Source: Candidatus Gygaella obscura (GTDB lineage: Bacteria > Omnitrophota > Gorgyraeia > Gygaellales > Gygaellaceae). From it: 51,394 nt of DNA. The notes beneath the pieces were generated by a model. It saw only the letters and a program-made list of their open reading frames with translations. It searched no databases and was not told the DNA's origin. The DNA lies in contig JAVCCR010000010.1 of assembly GCA_030765485.1 (NCBI GenBank), positions 1-51,394 of the forward strand, given 5' to 3'. The translations under genes and the position numbers were made by a program. This document shows positions 8,110 through 16,008 of this stretch, one piece after another. Every line of letters starts with the position of its first letter. The stretch's first letter is position 1.

Positions 8110-8325
8110 ATGAAGGCTACTTTAATATTAGGTTTAGTTTTGATAATGTTTGTAAGTTTTATTAGCATTGCAAAAGCAGATGTGTACGTGAGAGGTTATC
8201 ATCGAAATAACGGAACATACGTAGCTCCTCATTACAGGTCAAATCCAGATGGCGTTCGTTCGAATAATTGGGGATGTTGTGGTAATGTAAATCCTTATAA
8301 TGGTAAGGTTGGCACAGGATGGTAG
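8110..8325 (+). CDS. Small secreted protein (YVRGYxRxNGTYVAPHYRS...GNVNPY.GK.GT family)
   Basis: Signal peptide ending AKA; conserved-looking motif of a widespread uncharacterised family; AAGGAG RBS. Confidence 0.8.
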   Translation: MKATLILGLVLIMFVSFISIAKADVYVRGYHRNNGTYVAPHYRSNPDGVRSNNWGCCGNVNPYNGKVGTGW

Positions 8326-8408
8326 TTTTTAATGATAGAGGGAGCAGGCTTTTTTTCTTGCTTCCTAGTGTTGATGTATTTAATCATATTTGAATAAAGA
8401 GGTATATA

Positions 8409-8595
8409 ATAAAAAGAACAATTATTCCCGTAGTCGTAGCCGTTATTATTGGTTTTTTTTGTGTGGGTAGCTAACATAGTCTCAGGAACAGCTATAACAA
8501 TAAAGAATGAAGGGAATGTGAAAGTGAAGGGCTTTGCTAAGCAGGAGATTAAATCAGATCAAGGTATTTGTAAACACAGTAGATTAAATGAATAA
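8409..8595 (+). pseudogene. 5' fragment of a SIMPL/DUF541-like protein
   Basis: TM-like IIPVVVAVIIGFF, frameshift in T8 run at 8453-8460, then VKVKGFAKQEIKSDQGI; truncated. Confidence 0.45.
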
Positions 8596-9526
8596 AAAAT
8601 ATTTAATAGTTGCATTTATCCTTATGTTGAATACTCAGATTGCTTTTGGAGGAAGTCCGAGTACTCTGACCAAGATAGAAAAAACCTGCGGTGAATATTT
8701 CATTAAAATATGCGAATATGACGAAGAAGGTATTCCATTGGTTTTGGATAGACTTGAAATTTATAAAAATAATGAGTTAATATATAAAGATGAGAACAAG
8801 CAGTTCAGAATCGGATTGATGTATGACGAAATGCCGGAAGGTGCGCTTATTAACGGTTGCCAGGATATCACTGGCGATGGGCAGCTGAACTTAGTAATAG
8901 CTAATTATAGTGGAGGTGCTCATTGTTGTTTTGGTTTTATGATTTTTCAACTAGGAGAAAACTTTAAGCTTTTAGATACAGTTAATGCAGGAGATTCTGA
9001 TTTAGCCAGATTTGAAGATTTAGATGGTGACGGCAAGCTAGAATTTATCGGTAATGATTGGACCTTTGCTTATTGGAATGAAACTTTTTTTGGGTCACCA
9101 GAACCGAGAATTGTCCTTAAATATCGAGGCGGAAAGTATCTTTTGGCATTAGATTTAATGAAGAAGCCTTTACCGAGTCCGAGAGAAGAAGAGAAAATCT
9201 TTAAGAATATTCAATCTGATATAAGAAAGATTGAGCAAAGTAGTAAAATGCAGATTAAGAAAGACCTGCCGTTTGGAGAGCCGGATGTGGGGAAAGATAC
9301 TGGATACTTTGCTTGGGTAAAAGGAGATGTTATATTACCAGGTTCTGTATGGGGGTATATGTTGGATTTGATTTATACAGGTCATCCCAGTGAGGCTTGG
9401 CGATTTCTAGATAAGGTGTGGCCAGAGGGCAAAAGCGGCAAAGAAAAGTTTATAGCCGATTTTAAAGAGCAGCTTTCCCTAAGTCCTTATTGGGATTCTA
9501 TAAAGATTAATATAGAGAAAGAATGA
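8588..9526 (+). CDS. Secreted protein with Ca-binding DxxGDG loops (FG-GAP/VCBS-like)
   Basis: Signal peptide; DITGDG, DLDGDGKLE and YSGGAHCC motifs. Confidence 0.7.
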   Translation: MNKKYLIVAFILMLNTQIAFGGSPSTLTKIEKTCGEYFIKICEYDEEGIPLVLDRLEIYKNNELIYKDENKQFRIGLMYDEMPEGALINGCQDITGDGQLNLVIANYSGGAHCCFGFMIFQLGENFKLLDTVNAGDSDLARFEDLDGDGKLEFIGNDWTFAYWNETFFGSPEPRIVLKYRGGKYLLALDLMKKPLPSPREEEKIFKNIQSDIRKIEQSSKMQIKKDLPFGEPDVGKDTGYFAWVKGDVILPGSVWGYMLDLIYTGHPSEAWRFLDKVWPEGKSGKEKFIADFKEQLSLSPYWDSIKINIEKE

Positions 9527-9766
9527 ATAAAAAACAATTAATAGTTATCTATATTCGGATAACACTCGGATAACAAAACACGCACAAACACCGTATAAAA
9601 CCGTATAACAACAAACAAATCAATCCGCTGTAACCATAAACAAGATAAAGCATTAGATAATATCAGCAAAAACCATATAAATCTCCAGGACAACTCATAG
9701 GGGAAGAGGATATTGGCAATGTTCTTTATTCCAACCAAATTCCACTCATAACAAAGATTATTCTAA

Positions 9767-9808
9767 TTGACAATAGAATTAAGTATCGTATAATGAGTAT
9801 GTACTCAT
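9767..9808 (+). promoter_or_regulatory. Sigma70 promoter with overlapping palindromic operator
   Basis: TTGACA(9767)-16 nt-TATAAT(9789); ATGAGTA-tg-TACTCAT at 9793-9808. Confidence 0.7.
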
Positions 9809-9876
9809 AATAAATAGGGCGTTAAATGGAGGTAAAAATAAAGTGTATTTTAATGATTTAAGTAAAAATAAGTAAA

Positions 9877-10179
9877 ATGAAACCTCGAGGAAGACCCAAA
9901 AAAACAAGGAAAATCCAGTATCAACCAAGGATTAGTCAGTTTAGTCCAAGGGGTAAACCTGGTAGACCTGATGAAGTAGTGCTTACTGAAGATGCTTTTG
10001 AGGCAGTCAGGCTATGTGATCATTTAGAGCTAGACCAAACTCAGGCAGCTAAAACCATGGGCATATCTCAGCAGACCTTAAGCCGGGTATTAAAAAAGGC
10101 ACGCAAAGTAATAGCAGATGCCATAGCTAATGGTAAGATAATAAAGATCCAAGCAAGTCCTGAAGTAAAAGGAAAGTAA
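9877..10179 (+). CDS. DUF134 family DNA-binding protein
   Basis: RGRPKK.R.I....FSP...V.L....EAVRLCD...LDQ..AA..MGISQQT.SRVL..ARK.IADA..NGK.I.I. Confidence 0.85.
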   Translation: MKPRGRPKKTRKIQYQPRISQFSPRGKPGRPDEVVLTEDAFEAVRLCDHLELDQTQAAKTMGISQQTLSRVLKKARKVIADAIANGKIIKIQASPEVKGK

Positions 10180-10296
10180 TGTTTACTGCAGTTATTCTTT
10201 AATAAGATCCTGCCCAAACAATAAATAAAAGAACAGATAGTAAGATAGCTTATAAACAAAAAAGGCTTTAAAAGCTTAAAAGGGCCTGTATGTGTA

Positions 10297-10324
10297 ACTT
10301 CCTATAATGTACCTTATGTTAACT
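10297..10324 (+). other. dif: dif site (XerC/XerD chromosome dimer resolution)
   Basis: ACTTCCTATAA-TGTACC-TTATGTTAACT, 11-6-11 layout close to B. subtilis and E. coli dif; intergenic at the strand-orientation switch. Confidence 0.85.
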
Positions 10325-10493
10325 TAGGCCTATAGTGAAAACCCAGGCTAACTAAGGGTATTTAATGAGGTTATATTAGTGTTAATATCGCCTGTGGATA
10401 ATCCCAGTCAAACTTACTTGGGCTTACTTATTCTTTTATTTGTCTTATTTGCCCTTATTCTAACTTACCTTATAAACCATTATACCTGAAACC

Positions 10494-11657
10494 TTATATA
10501 TTCTTACCGGGATTATAAATCTTTATTAATTGGGCAGGGATAAGAGTCCAATCACCATATTTTTGGTTGATTTTATCCATAATATTGCTTATGTCCTCTC
10601 TTCTTTGGATCTCTTTTAAGAGGTTTTTTTGAGGGGCTTGAAACTGGCTGGTTGATACCCCAAGAGCCCTTAAAAAGGGTCTATTTGGGGCTATCTTTCG
10701 CCAAATTTGGCATGTTTTCTCATAGATATCCTGGCCGTTATTGGTAGGTAATTGGAAGGTTTTTTGGCGGGTAATTCCTTTAAAATCCTTATCCTTAGAA
10801 TACCAAAAGCTGATCGTCTTAGCTGTGAGGTTATGTTTGCGTAGTCTTACAGAAACCATTTCAGAAAGCAGCCTGATCCAGTTAAGGATTAAGTCTTGGT
10901 TGTTGGTTGAGCGATTTAAGGTGTATGAATGGCCTATGGATTTGGCTGGGTTAACCTGGGGGTTTAGACTGAAAGAATCTTGCCCATGAAGTTCTAAAAA
11001 AAGATTAAAACCAACCTTACCAAAGTGGCTATTTAGAAAGCTTTGGTTTTGATTGTACAAGTCCAAACAGGTATAAAACCCTAAATTGTTAAGCCGTTCT
11101 AATGTGACTTTACCAATCCCAGACAGCTTACCCACATCAGTATTTTTTAGGGTTTTTTCCATAGTTTTTTTATCTAAAATACACACACCATCAGGTTTGT
11201 TTAGTTTAGATGCTAGCTTAGCTAATAGGCAGTTTTTGGCAACACCAATTGAGCAAGTGATGTTAAATTCTTTAACTATCCAGCGCTTTATGTTATTGCA
11301 GATTTTTACATATTCTTCAGGATGGGTATCGCGTAAATCCAGCTGAAATTCATCAATGGAGACATACTGTGGGTTAGGGTCAAACTTAAATAGCATTTCA
11401 AATATGACCTCAGATGTATATACATATTTAGCGGAGTCTGCCGGTACAAATTCTGCCTGCGGACAGATTAGAAAAGCTTCTTTAGTAGGCATTCCGGAGT
11501 CAATACCTAAGCGTTTGGCTTCATAGCTAGCAGCACAAACTACAGTATAATTTTTATTGCCGCGTGAACCGACAATCAAAGGTAAACCTTTAAGAGTAGG
11601 ATTTACAGCCTGTTCTATTGAGGCGAAAAAAGCATCCATATCAATATGTATGATCAT
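10494..11657 (-). CDS. dinB: DNA polymerase IV (Y family)
   Basis: IIHIDMDAFFASIE, AASYEAK..GI.SGM, SIDE, AKLAS...KPDG. Confidence 0.92.
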   Translation of the reverse strand: MIIHIDMDAFFASIEQAVNPTLKGLPLIVGSRGNKNYTVVCAASYEAKRLGIDSGMPTKEAFLICPQAEFVPADSAKYVYTSEVIFEMLFKFDPNPQYVSIDEFQLDLRDTHPEEYVKICNNIKRWIVKEFNITCSIGVAKNCLLAKLASKLNKPDGVCILDKKTMEKTLKNTDVGKLSGIGKVTLERLNNLGFYTCLDLYNQNQSFLNSHFGKVGFNLFLELHGQDSFSLNPQVNPAKSIGHSYTLNRSTNNQDLILNWIRLLSEMVSVRLRKHNLTAKTISFWYSKDKDFKGITRQKTFQLPTNNGQDIYEKTCQIWRKIAPNRPFLRALGVSTSQFQAPQKNLLKEIQRREDISNIMDKINQKYGDWTLIPAQLIKIYNPGKNI

Positions 11658-11666
11658 AAGCTCTAT

Positions 11667-11682
11667 ACGTACATTTGTGTGG
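11667..11682. promoter_or_regulatory. Putative LexA box upstream of dinB
   Basis: ACGTACATTTGTGTGG, similar to the site upstream of lexA. Confidence 0.6.
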
Positions 11683-11692
11683 TAGGGAGAGT

Positions 11693-11727
11693 AGAAAAGA
11701 GAGACCTCTTCTTTTTTTAGGTCCCTC
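11693..11727 (-). terminator. Terminator between the VOC gene and dinB
   Basis: Minus strand GAGGGACCT...AGGTCTCTC followed by TTTTCT. Confidence 0.6.
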
Positions 11728-11730
11728 CTG

Positions 11731-12126
11731 TTACTGCTTCAGAGATTGTTTTATCTCATATAGGTTATTATCTTTATCTCTGATAAAGGTTATAATGCGA
11801 TCTTCTTTATTGGTTTGGATTATTTTTAGGTTAAAGGCGCGGGCAGTTTCTAAAAAAACCTCTAGGTTATCAACCGTAAAGCATAGATGCGTAAAATCCT
11901 GCCTATGGTGTTTCATCTTGCTATTAATAAATACCTCTATAAAAACATTCGTAGTTTTATCTTCAAATAGCATGATTTCATCTGGGGGTTTTAGTTCAAA
12001 GATGTCACTAGATAGTTTGTCAGTTATGTTAAAGCTTGATACCTCAGCTAAGCCTAATAATTCCCTAAAGATCATCCGGGCATTGTCAACGCTGGAGGTT
12101 TCTACAGCTGCATGAATAAAACTCAT
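11731..12126 (-). CDS. VOC/glyoxalase family protein
   Basis: FIHAAV, HLCFTVDNLE, FIRDKDNNLYEI. Confidence 0.8.
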   Translation of the reverse strand: MSFIHAAVETSSVDNARMIFRELLGLAEVSSFNITDKLSSDIFELKPPDEIMLFEDKTTNVFIEVFINSKMKHHRQDFTHLCFTVDNLEVFLETARAFNLKIIQTNKEDRIITFIRDKDNNLYEIKQSLKQ

Positions 12127-12404
12127 GAAATAATCCTTTCTAAATACCAGTTAAAGGTATTAGGGTTAAATGATATCTGGTAGTTGTCAATCCCAGCATT
12201 AACTGAGAACAGGTTTATTTTATCACTGCCTTTGGCTTCTTGCCAATAATAATTAATTCTTTTTATCTTTATAAGCCTGTCTTTCCAGATAAAGTATCTG
12301 GGTTTAATTTTACCATTGGTAAATATGGCTGAGACTGATATTTTTTCATTAAAGGATGAACCTTCACTAGGTAATTGCCTATCCCAACGTGCCTCTTTAA
12401 ACAT
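12123..12404 (-). CDS. DUF6504-like small protein (mutagenesis-cassette accessory)
   Basis: P.YFIW..R..KI..I..YW...F.V......W.LERI pattern; co-transcribed with lexA. Confidence 0.6.
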   Translation of the reverse strand: MFKEARWDRQLPSEGSSFNEKISVSAIFTNGKIKPRYFIWKDRLIKIKRINYYWQEAKGSDKINLFSVNAGIDNYQISFNPNTFNWYLERIIS

Positions 12405-12406
12405 AA

Positions 12407-12997
12407 TTAGTACTTTCTGATTATAGCAATGACTTTGCCGGAGATGGTAGTATCTTTGGTAAATTCTATTGGTTTATAACGATTATTAGCAGGCTGTAAG
12501 TAAAACTTGTTATTTTTCTTAACTAATCTTTTAATAGTTGCATCATTATCTATTAAAGCAACGACAATATCATTATTATTAGCTGTTACTTGTTTTTTTA
12601 CTAAAGCTAAGTCATCTTCGTGTATGCCAGCATCAATCATGCTATCACCTTTAACCCGTAACATAAAAATACCTTCATCTCTTATAATATTATCAAGACT
12701 AAAATAATCTTCTAGGTATTCAGTAGCTAAGTTAGGCGTACCCGCTGGGATCTTACCTAAAATAGGCACTCCAATAAAGGGTTTTCTAAGTAACTCTATA
12801 GAACGAGCCTTTTTGGCGTGTATTTTAATAAAACCTTTTTCTTTTAGGCTGTTTAAGTAATCTCTTACAGTACCGGTTGATGAAAAACCCATAGCTTGGG
12901 CTATTTCACGAATGGTTGGAGGAAGGTTCTTCCCTACTCTCTCTTGGATAAATTTTAATACTTTAGCTTGTTTTTGAGTTAGGTTACTGTGTGGCAT
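12407..12997 (-). CDS. lexA: SOS repressor LexA
   Basis: LTQKQ..VL.FI, PPTIREIA; PAG cleavage site, GDSM (Ser) and TIKR (Lys). Confidence 0.95.
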   Translation of the reverse strand: MPHSNLTQKQAKVLKFIQERVGKNLPPTIREIAQAMGFSSTGTVRDYLNSLKEKGFIKIHAKKARSIELLRKPFIGVPILGKIPAGTPNLATEYLEDYFSLDNIIRDEGIFMLRVKGDSMIDAGIHEDDLALVKKQVTANNNDIVVALIDNDATIKRLVKKNNKFYLQPANNRYKPIEFTKDTTISGKVIAIIRKY

Positions 12998-13003
12998 ATA
13001 CTA

Positions 13004-13033
13004 ACTATACCACACATTTGAGTGGATTGTCAA
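13004..13033 (-). promoter_or_regulatory. lexA promoter with palindromic operator in the spacer
   Basis: Minus strand TTGACA-18 nt-TATAGT; CCACACATTTGAGTGG at 13010-13025. Confidence 0.75.
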
Positions 13034-13101
13034 GAGTTGCTTAGATATTAATAAATTTTTAACTAAAAATGTTTGAGTTCAGAACGGGTCCCCGGACTAG
13101 T

Positions 13102-13841
13102 CTAAGCATGCATGCTTTTTGAATGCCTGGTTTTGATTAATTTCTTCGCGACCTTTGAGATGACCTCATCAACTCTTATTTTTTTCATAGACAAACACGG
13201 CGTTTGGTAAAGAGAAGGCGGACATCTTAACTTATCAACGCCCCAGCACTCATCATTAATATTTAGTTTCGCTTGTATAATATTCTCGCGATGAAAATAT
13301 GGATACACATAGTCTTTGGGAGTAGGGCCATAAAGACCGATGGTCTCAACGTTCAAACAGCTAGCTATGTGCAAAAGGTTTGAATCTGGCCCGATAAAAA
13401 ATTGGCACCGTGAAATCAAGGAAATCGCCTGCTTTAATGTAGTTTGATTAATCAGTGAAATAATCGTCGGTGAAATACTATTTACTAATCGCTTGTTATC
13501 ATACTTCCCAAGGGCAATAGTTTTAATATTATATTCTTTTCTGAGACGAGATGCAAAAACAATGATCAAGTCAAACCTTTCACGATTCAATTTAAAACTA
13601 AATTTAAGTTTATCGAGAAAGTGACGGTGCTTCTCGCGTTCTAAAACTATAATCTCATCAACGCCGGGATAAACTTTTGAAGTTTTTTTGCTTTTGAAGA
13701 AACAAAAAAGGTAATATGGGCTTGAGGAAAATGCCTCTTTAAGGGTTGAATAAGAGCCAAGTCATAACAAACATCACCTATGTTGGAATGTCCTCTTATC
13801 AGAATTTTAATATTCCGATTTCTATTTAGTGTTATATTCAT
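13102..13841 (-). pseudogene. GT9 heptosyltransferase-like pseudogene
   Basis: KILI...SNIGD...PLKRHFP.AHIT and FIGPDS..LHIA...GLYGPT motifs lie in different frames (shift near an A7 run about 13683-13689); central part of the fold appears deleted. Confidence 0.75.
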
Positions 13842-14490
13842 TTTTTAAAACAGTTGGCTTGATAGAAACGTCATCTAGAAAAGACAGCAAGGCATTTAAA
13901 AACCCGGCAAAAAACATGGAAACGCCTATAAGTTTTAAGCTTTCTTCTGCAACTTCAAGAAAAATATTAATTCTCTCCAGAAAATGAAATGTCACAGTTA
14001 ACGCCAGAAAAAAACCTCCCAGGTACAAAAAAACAAGTAGCACTCTATGTTCAGCAATACTTTTGAAAAAATAAATACAGACACATATAGCCACTAACCC
14101 GAAGAATGCGATGAGAGTTGCATCTAAATTCAAATGCGAAATATCCTTACCCGTAAGCAGATAACCCACAAATTCATCCATGCCTTCATGGGCCATAAAA
14201 TACTCATCCAAGCACAGATAAAAAAACCCAATAGATGTAATCAACCAAAATAACCCTTTTTTGAAATAAGTGTGAGATTTTCTCTTTAATAAATATAAAA
14301 TCAAACAAGCAAGAGACGTGGCTCCAAGCATTAATGCTGATAAAAAAGTCACGGCTTCCTTTTCGTTAAATCTCAACATCGGGTTATTGCGGTCAATTCC
14401 TTCTTTAATGCAAATGGATAGGACAAGCCCGTTAAAAATGGCTAAACATAGCAGGGTGATACATATTCTTTTCTTGTTAATAGCAGACAT
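13822..14490 (-). CDS. Multi-TM membrane protein (LDE...HE motif)
   Basis: Six hydrophobic segments; LDEYFMAHE and EESLKLIG. Confidence 0.7.
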   Translation of the reverse strand: MSAINKKRICITLLCLAIFNGLVLSICIKEGIDRNNPMLRFNEKEAVTFLSALMLGATSLACLILYLLKRKSHTYFKKGLFWLITSIGFFYLCLDEYFMAHEGMDEFVGYLLTGKDISHLNLDATLIAFFGLVAICVCIYFFKSIAEHRVLLVFLYLGGFFLALTVTFHFLERINIFLEVAEESLKLIGVSMFFAGFLNALLSFLDDVSIKPTVLKNEYNTK

Positions 14491-14596
14491 GATATTATTG
14501 GTCTCCTATATGACGCGTTTCGCAACTGGCTGTATTGTACAGAAGAATCCAAAATATTATATAACCAACTTCAAACAGTCAATATCTAATGCAATT

Positions 14597-15157
14597 TTAA
14601 ACTTTCTTTTGACTATGTATGATACTGGCTACTTTTAGTCCTTCTTTGGTCAAAATCCAAAGAGTGCCTCTCGTAGTAGAACGAAAATAAATTAAATTTA
14701 AATCTTTTAGTTGAGCTTCAGCTATATTGAAATCCGCTGTTGTTTTTCTAAATTCCTCCTTGTAATCATCCTGAACCATATATCTATATCTTTGTTGATT
14801 TGATTGCTCAAGCAGGCTTAATAAAAGAATTTTTTGTTCTTTAGATAAACTTTTCACTATTTTATCTTCGTTGACTTCTTCAGTCTTTTCTTGCTTGATT
14901 TCTTTAACTTTTTTCTCTGCACTAAGCGGCTTCTTCAATCCTATATTTGCAATTTTTTTATATAAAAAAATTGCTATTAAGGCTATCAGAGCAACTAAAT
15001 AGACTGGAATTTTAAAATTTAATAAATTTACGATACCGGAAATAAATTTATTATTATTTATATAGGCTGGTGTAATGCCAAGCCAAATCAGAACATTACA
15101 CAAGGCACCTCCTACAAAAATAATAGTTAATATAACCGAAGTTATTCTTTTATTCAT
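14597..15157 (-). CDS. Hypothetical 2-TM protein with C-terminal winged-helix-like domain
   Basis: Two N-terminal TMs; LSKEQKILL...QLKDLNLI...LTKEG. Confidence 0.6.
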   Translation of the reverse strand: MNKRITSVILTIIFVGGALCNVLIWLGITPAYINNNKFISGIVNLLNFKIPVYLVALIALIAIFLYKKIANIGLKKPLSAEKKVKEIKQEKTEEVNEDKIVKSLSKEQKILLLSLLEQSNQQRYRYMVQDDYKEEFRKTTADFNIAEAQLKDLNLIYFRSTTRGTLWILTKEGLKVASIIHSQKKV

Positions 15158-15175
15158 CTTTTACTTTAAGGTAGC

Positions 15176-15198
15176 TATCCCCCGCGAGGACTCGAACC
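15176..15198 (-). other. tRNA 3'-end fragment (att scar)
   Basis: Minus strand GGTTCGAGTCCTCGCGGGGGATA = T-loop plus acceptor 3' strand; no rest of a tRNA. Confidence 0.6.
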
Positions 15199-15209
15199 GT
15201 AATTCTTTT

Positions 15210-15996
15210 CTTTTCCCTTTGTATCCACCCTAAAAACTTTGCATAACTGTACTACATAAACCAGCTTTTCAGTTTTATCTGGTTAATTTCTTTTACTGTC
15301 TTCAATAATATCTCTCATCGTATCTTCGATCTCGAGTAATTGCTCATGATTTACTAAATCCGATTCATTATGCATATTTTTTAATACGCTGTTTATTTCT
15401 TCCATGGTTTCTATAGCAGCATTCATTTCTTGCGTAATCCCATTGATGGATATTTCACGAATAAAACTTTTAATCTTCTCATTTTCGTTTTCTATCATAA
15501 AAATCAAAGGATTTACTTGCGGGCTAAAGAAAAAAGCTCTAGTCATAAGGTCATGATTAAAAGTATATGATTTTTCAGTTATTAAATCCAGCAATAAACC
15601 GCCTCGAGCTATTGCAAGAGTAAGGCCAGAAATGGCGACCGTTTCATTAGCCATAGTATTTAGTATCCAGCTGATTTCCAGTAACGGCATTCTTTCATCA
15701 GGTTGCATGCTCCCTATTTTTTTATTTAATGATGATCCAATGTCAGATAAATTAATGCTATTTATAGCTAGTTTTTCAGTTAAATCAAAAAGTTTTTCTG
15801 AATATTCTCCGTATTCTCGCTTTATTGATTCTGTTAAAGCAGATGAAGTTTTATTTGTTTTTTCTACATCAAAATCATTTTTTTGGCCACACCCTATTAA
15901 CAAAAAAATCAATATTAGAGTAGTTATTTTAATTCTATTTAACATTTTGTTTATATGAGTTAAACTTTTCCCCTTGCATCCACCCCTAAAACCTTG
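15210..15996 (+). repeat. 32-bp imperfect direct repeat flanking a lipoprotein gene
   Basis: 15210-15241 vs 15965-15996, 27/32 identical. Confidence 0.7.
15283..15945 (-). CDS. Hypothetical lipoprotein
   Basis: Lipobox LIGC; helical-looking mature part. Confidence 0.65.
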   Translation of the reverse strand: MLNRIKITTLILIFLLIGCGQKNDFDVEKTNKTSSALTESIKREYGEYSEKLFDLTEKLAINSINLSDIGSSLNKKIGSMQPDERMPLLEISWILNTMANETVAISGLTLAIARGGLLLDLITEKSYTFNHDLMTRAFFFSPQVNPLIFMIENENEKIKSFIREISINGITQEMNAAIETMEEINSVLKNMHNESDLVNHEQLLEIEDTMRDIIEDSKRN

Positions 15997-16008
15997 TAAA
16001 ATCTACCT

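Noticed and set aside
8340-8367. Hairpin after the secreted-protein cluster as a terminator
   Set aside because: Stem GGGAGCAGG/CTTGCTTCC is plausible but there is no clear downstream U tract
9538-9738. 66-aa minus-strand ORF as a real gene
   Set aside because: TTG start, no recognisable motif; at most a decayed membrane-gene fragment
13076-13103. GC-rich GAACGGGTCCCCGGACTAG at the lexA / GT9 boundary as an att or element end
   Set aside because: No partner repeat or convincing tRNA similarity found by eye
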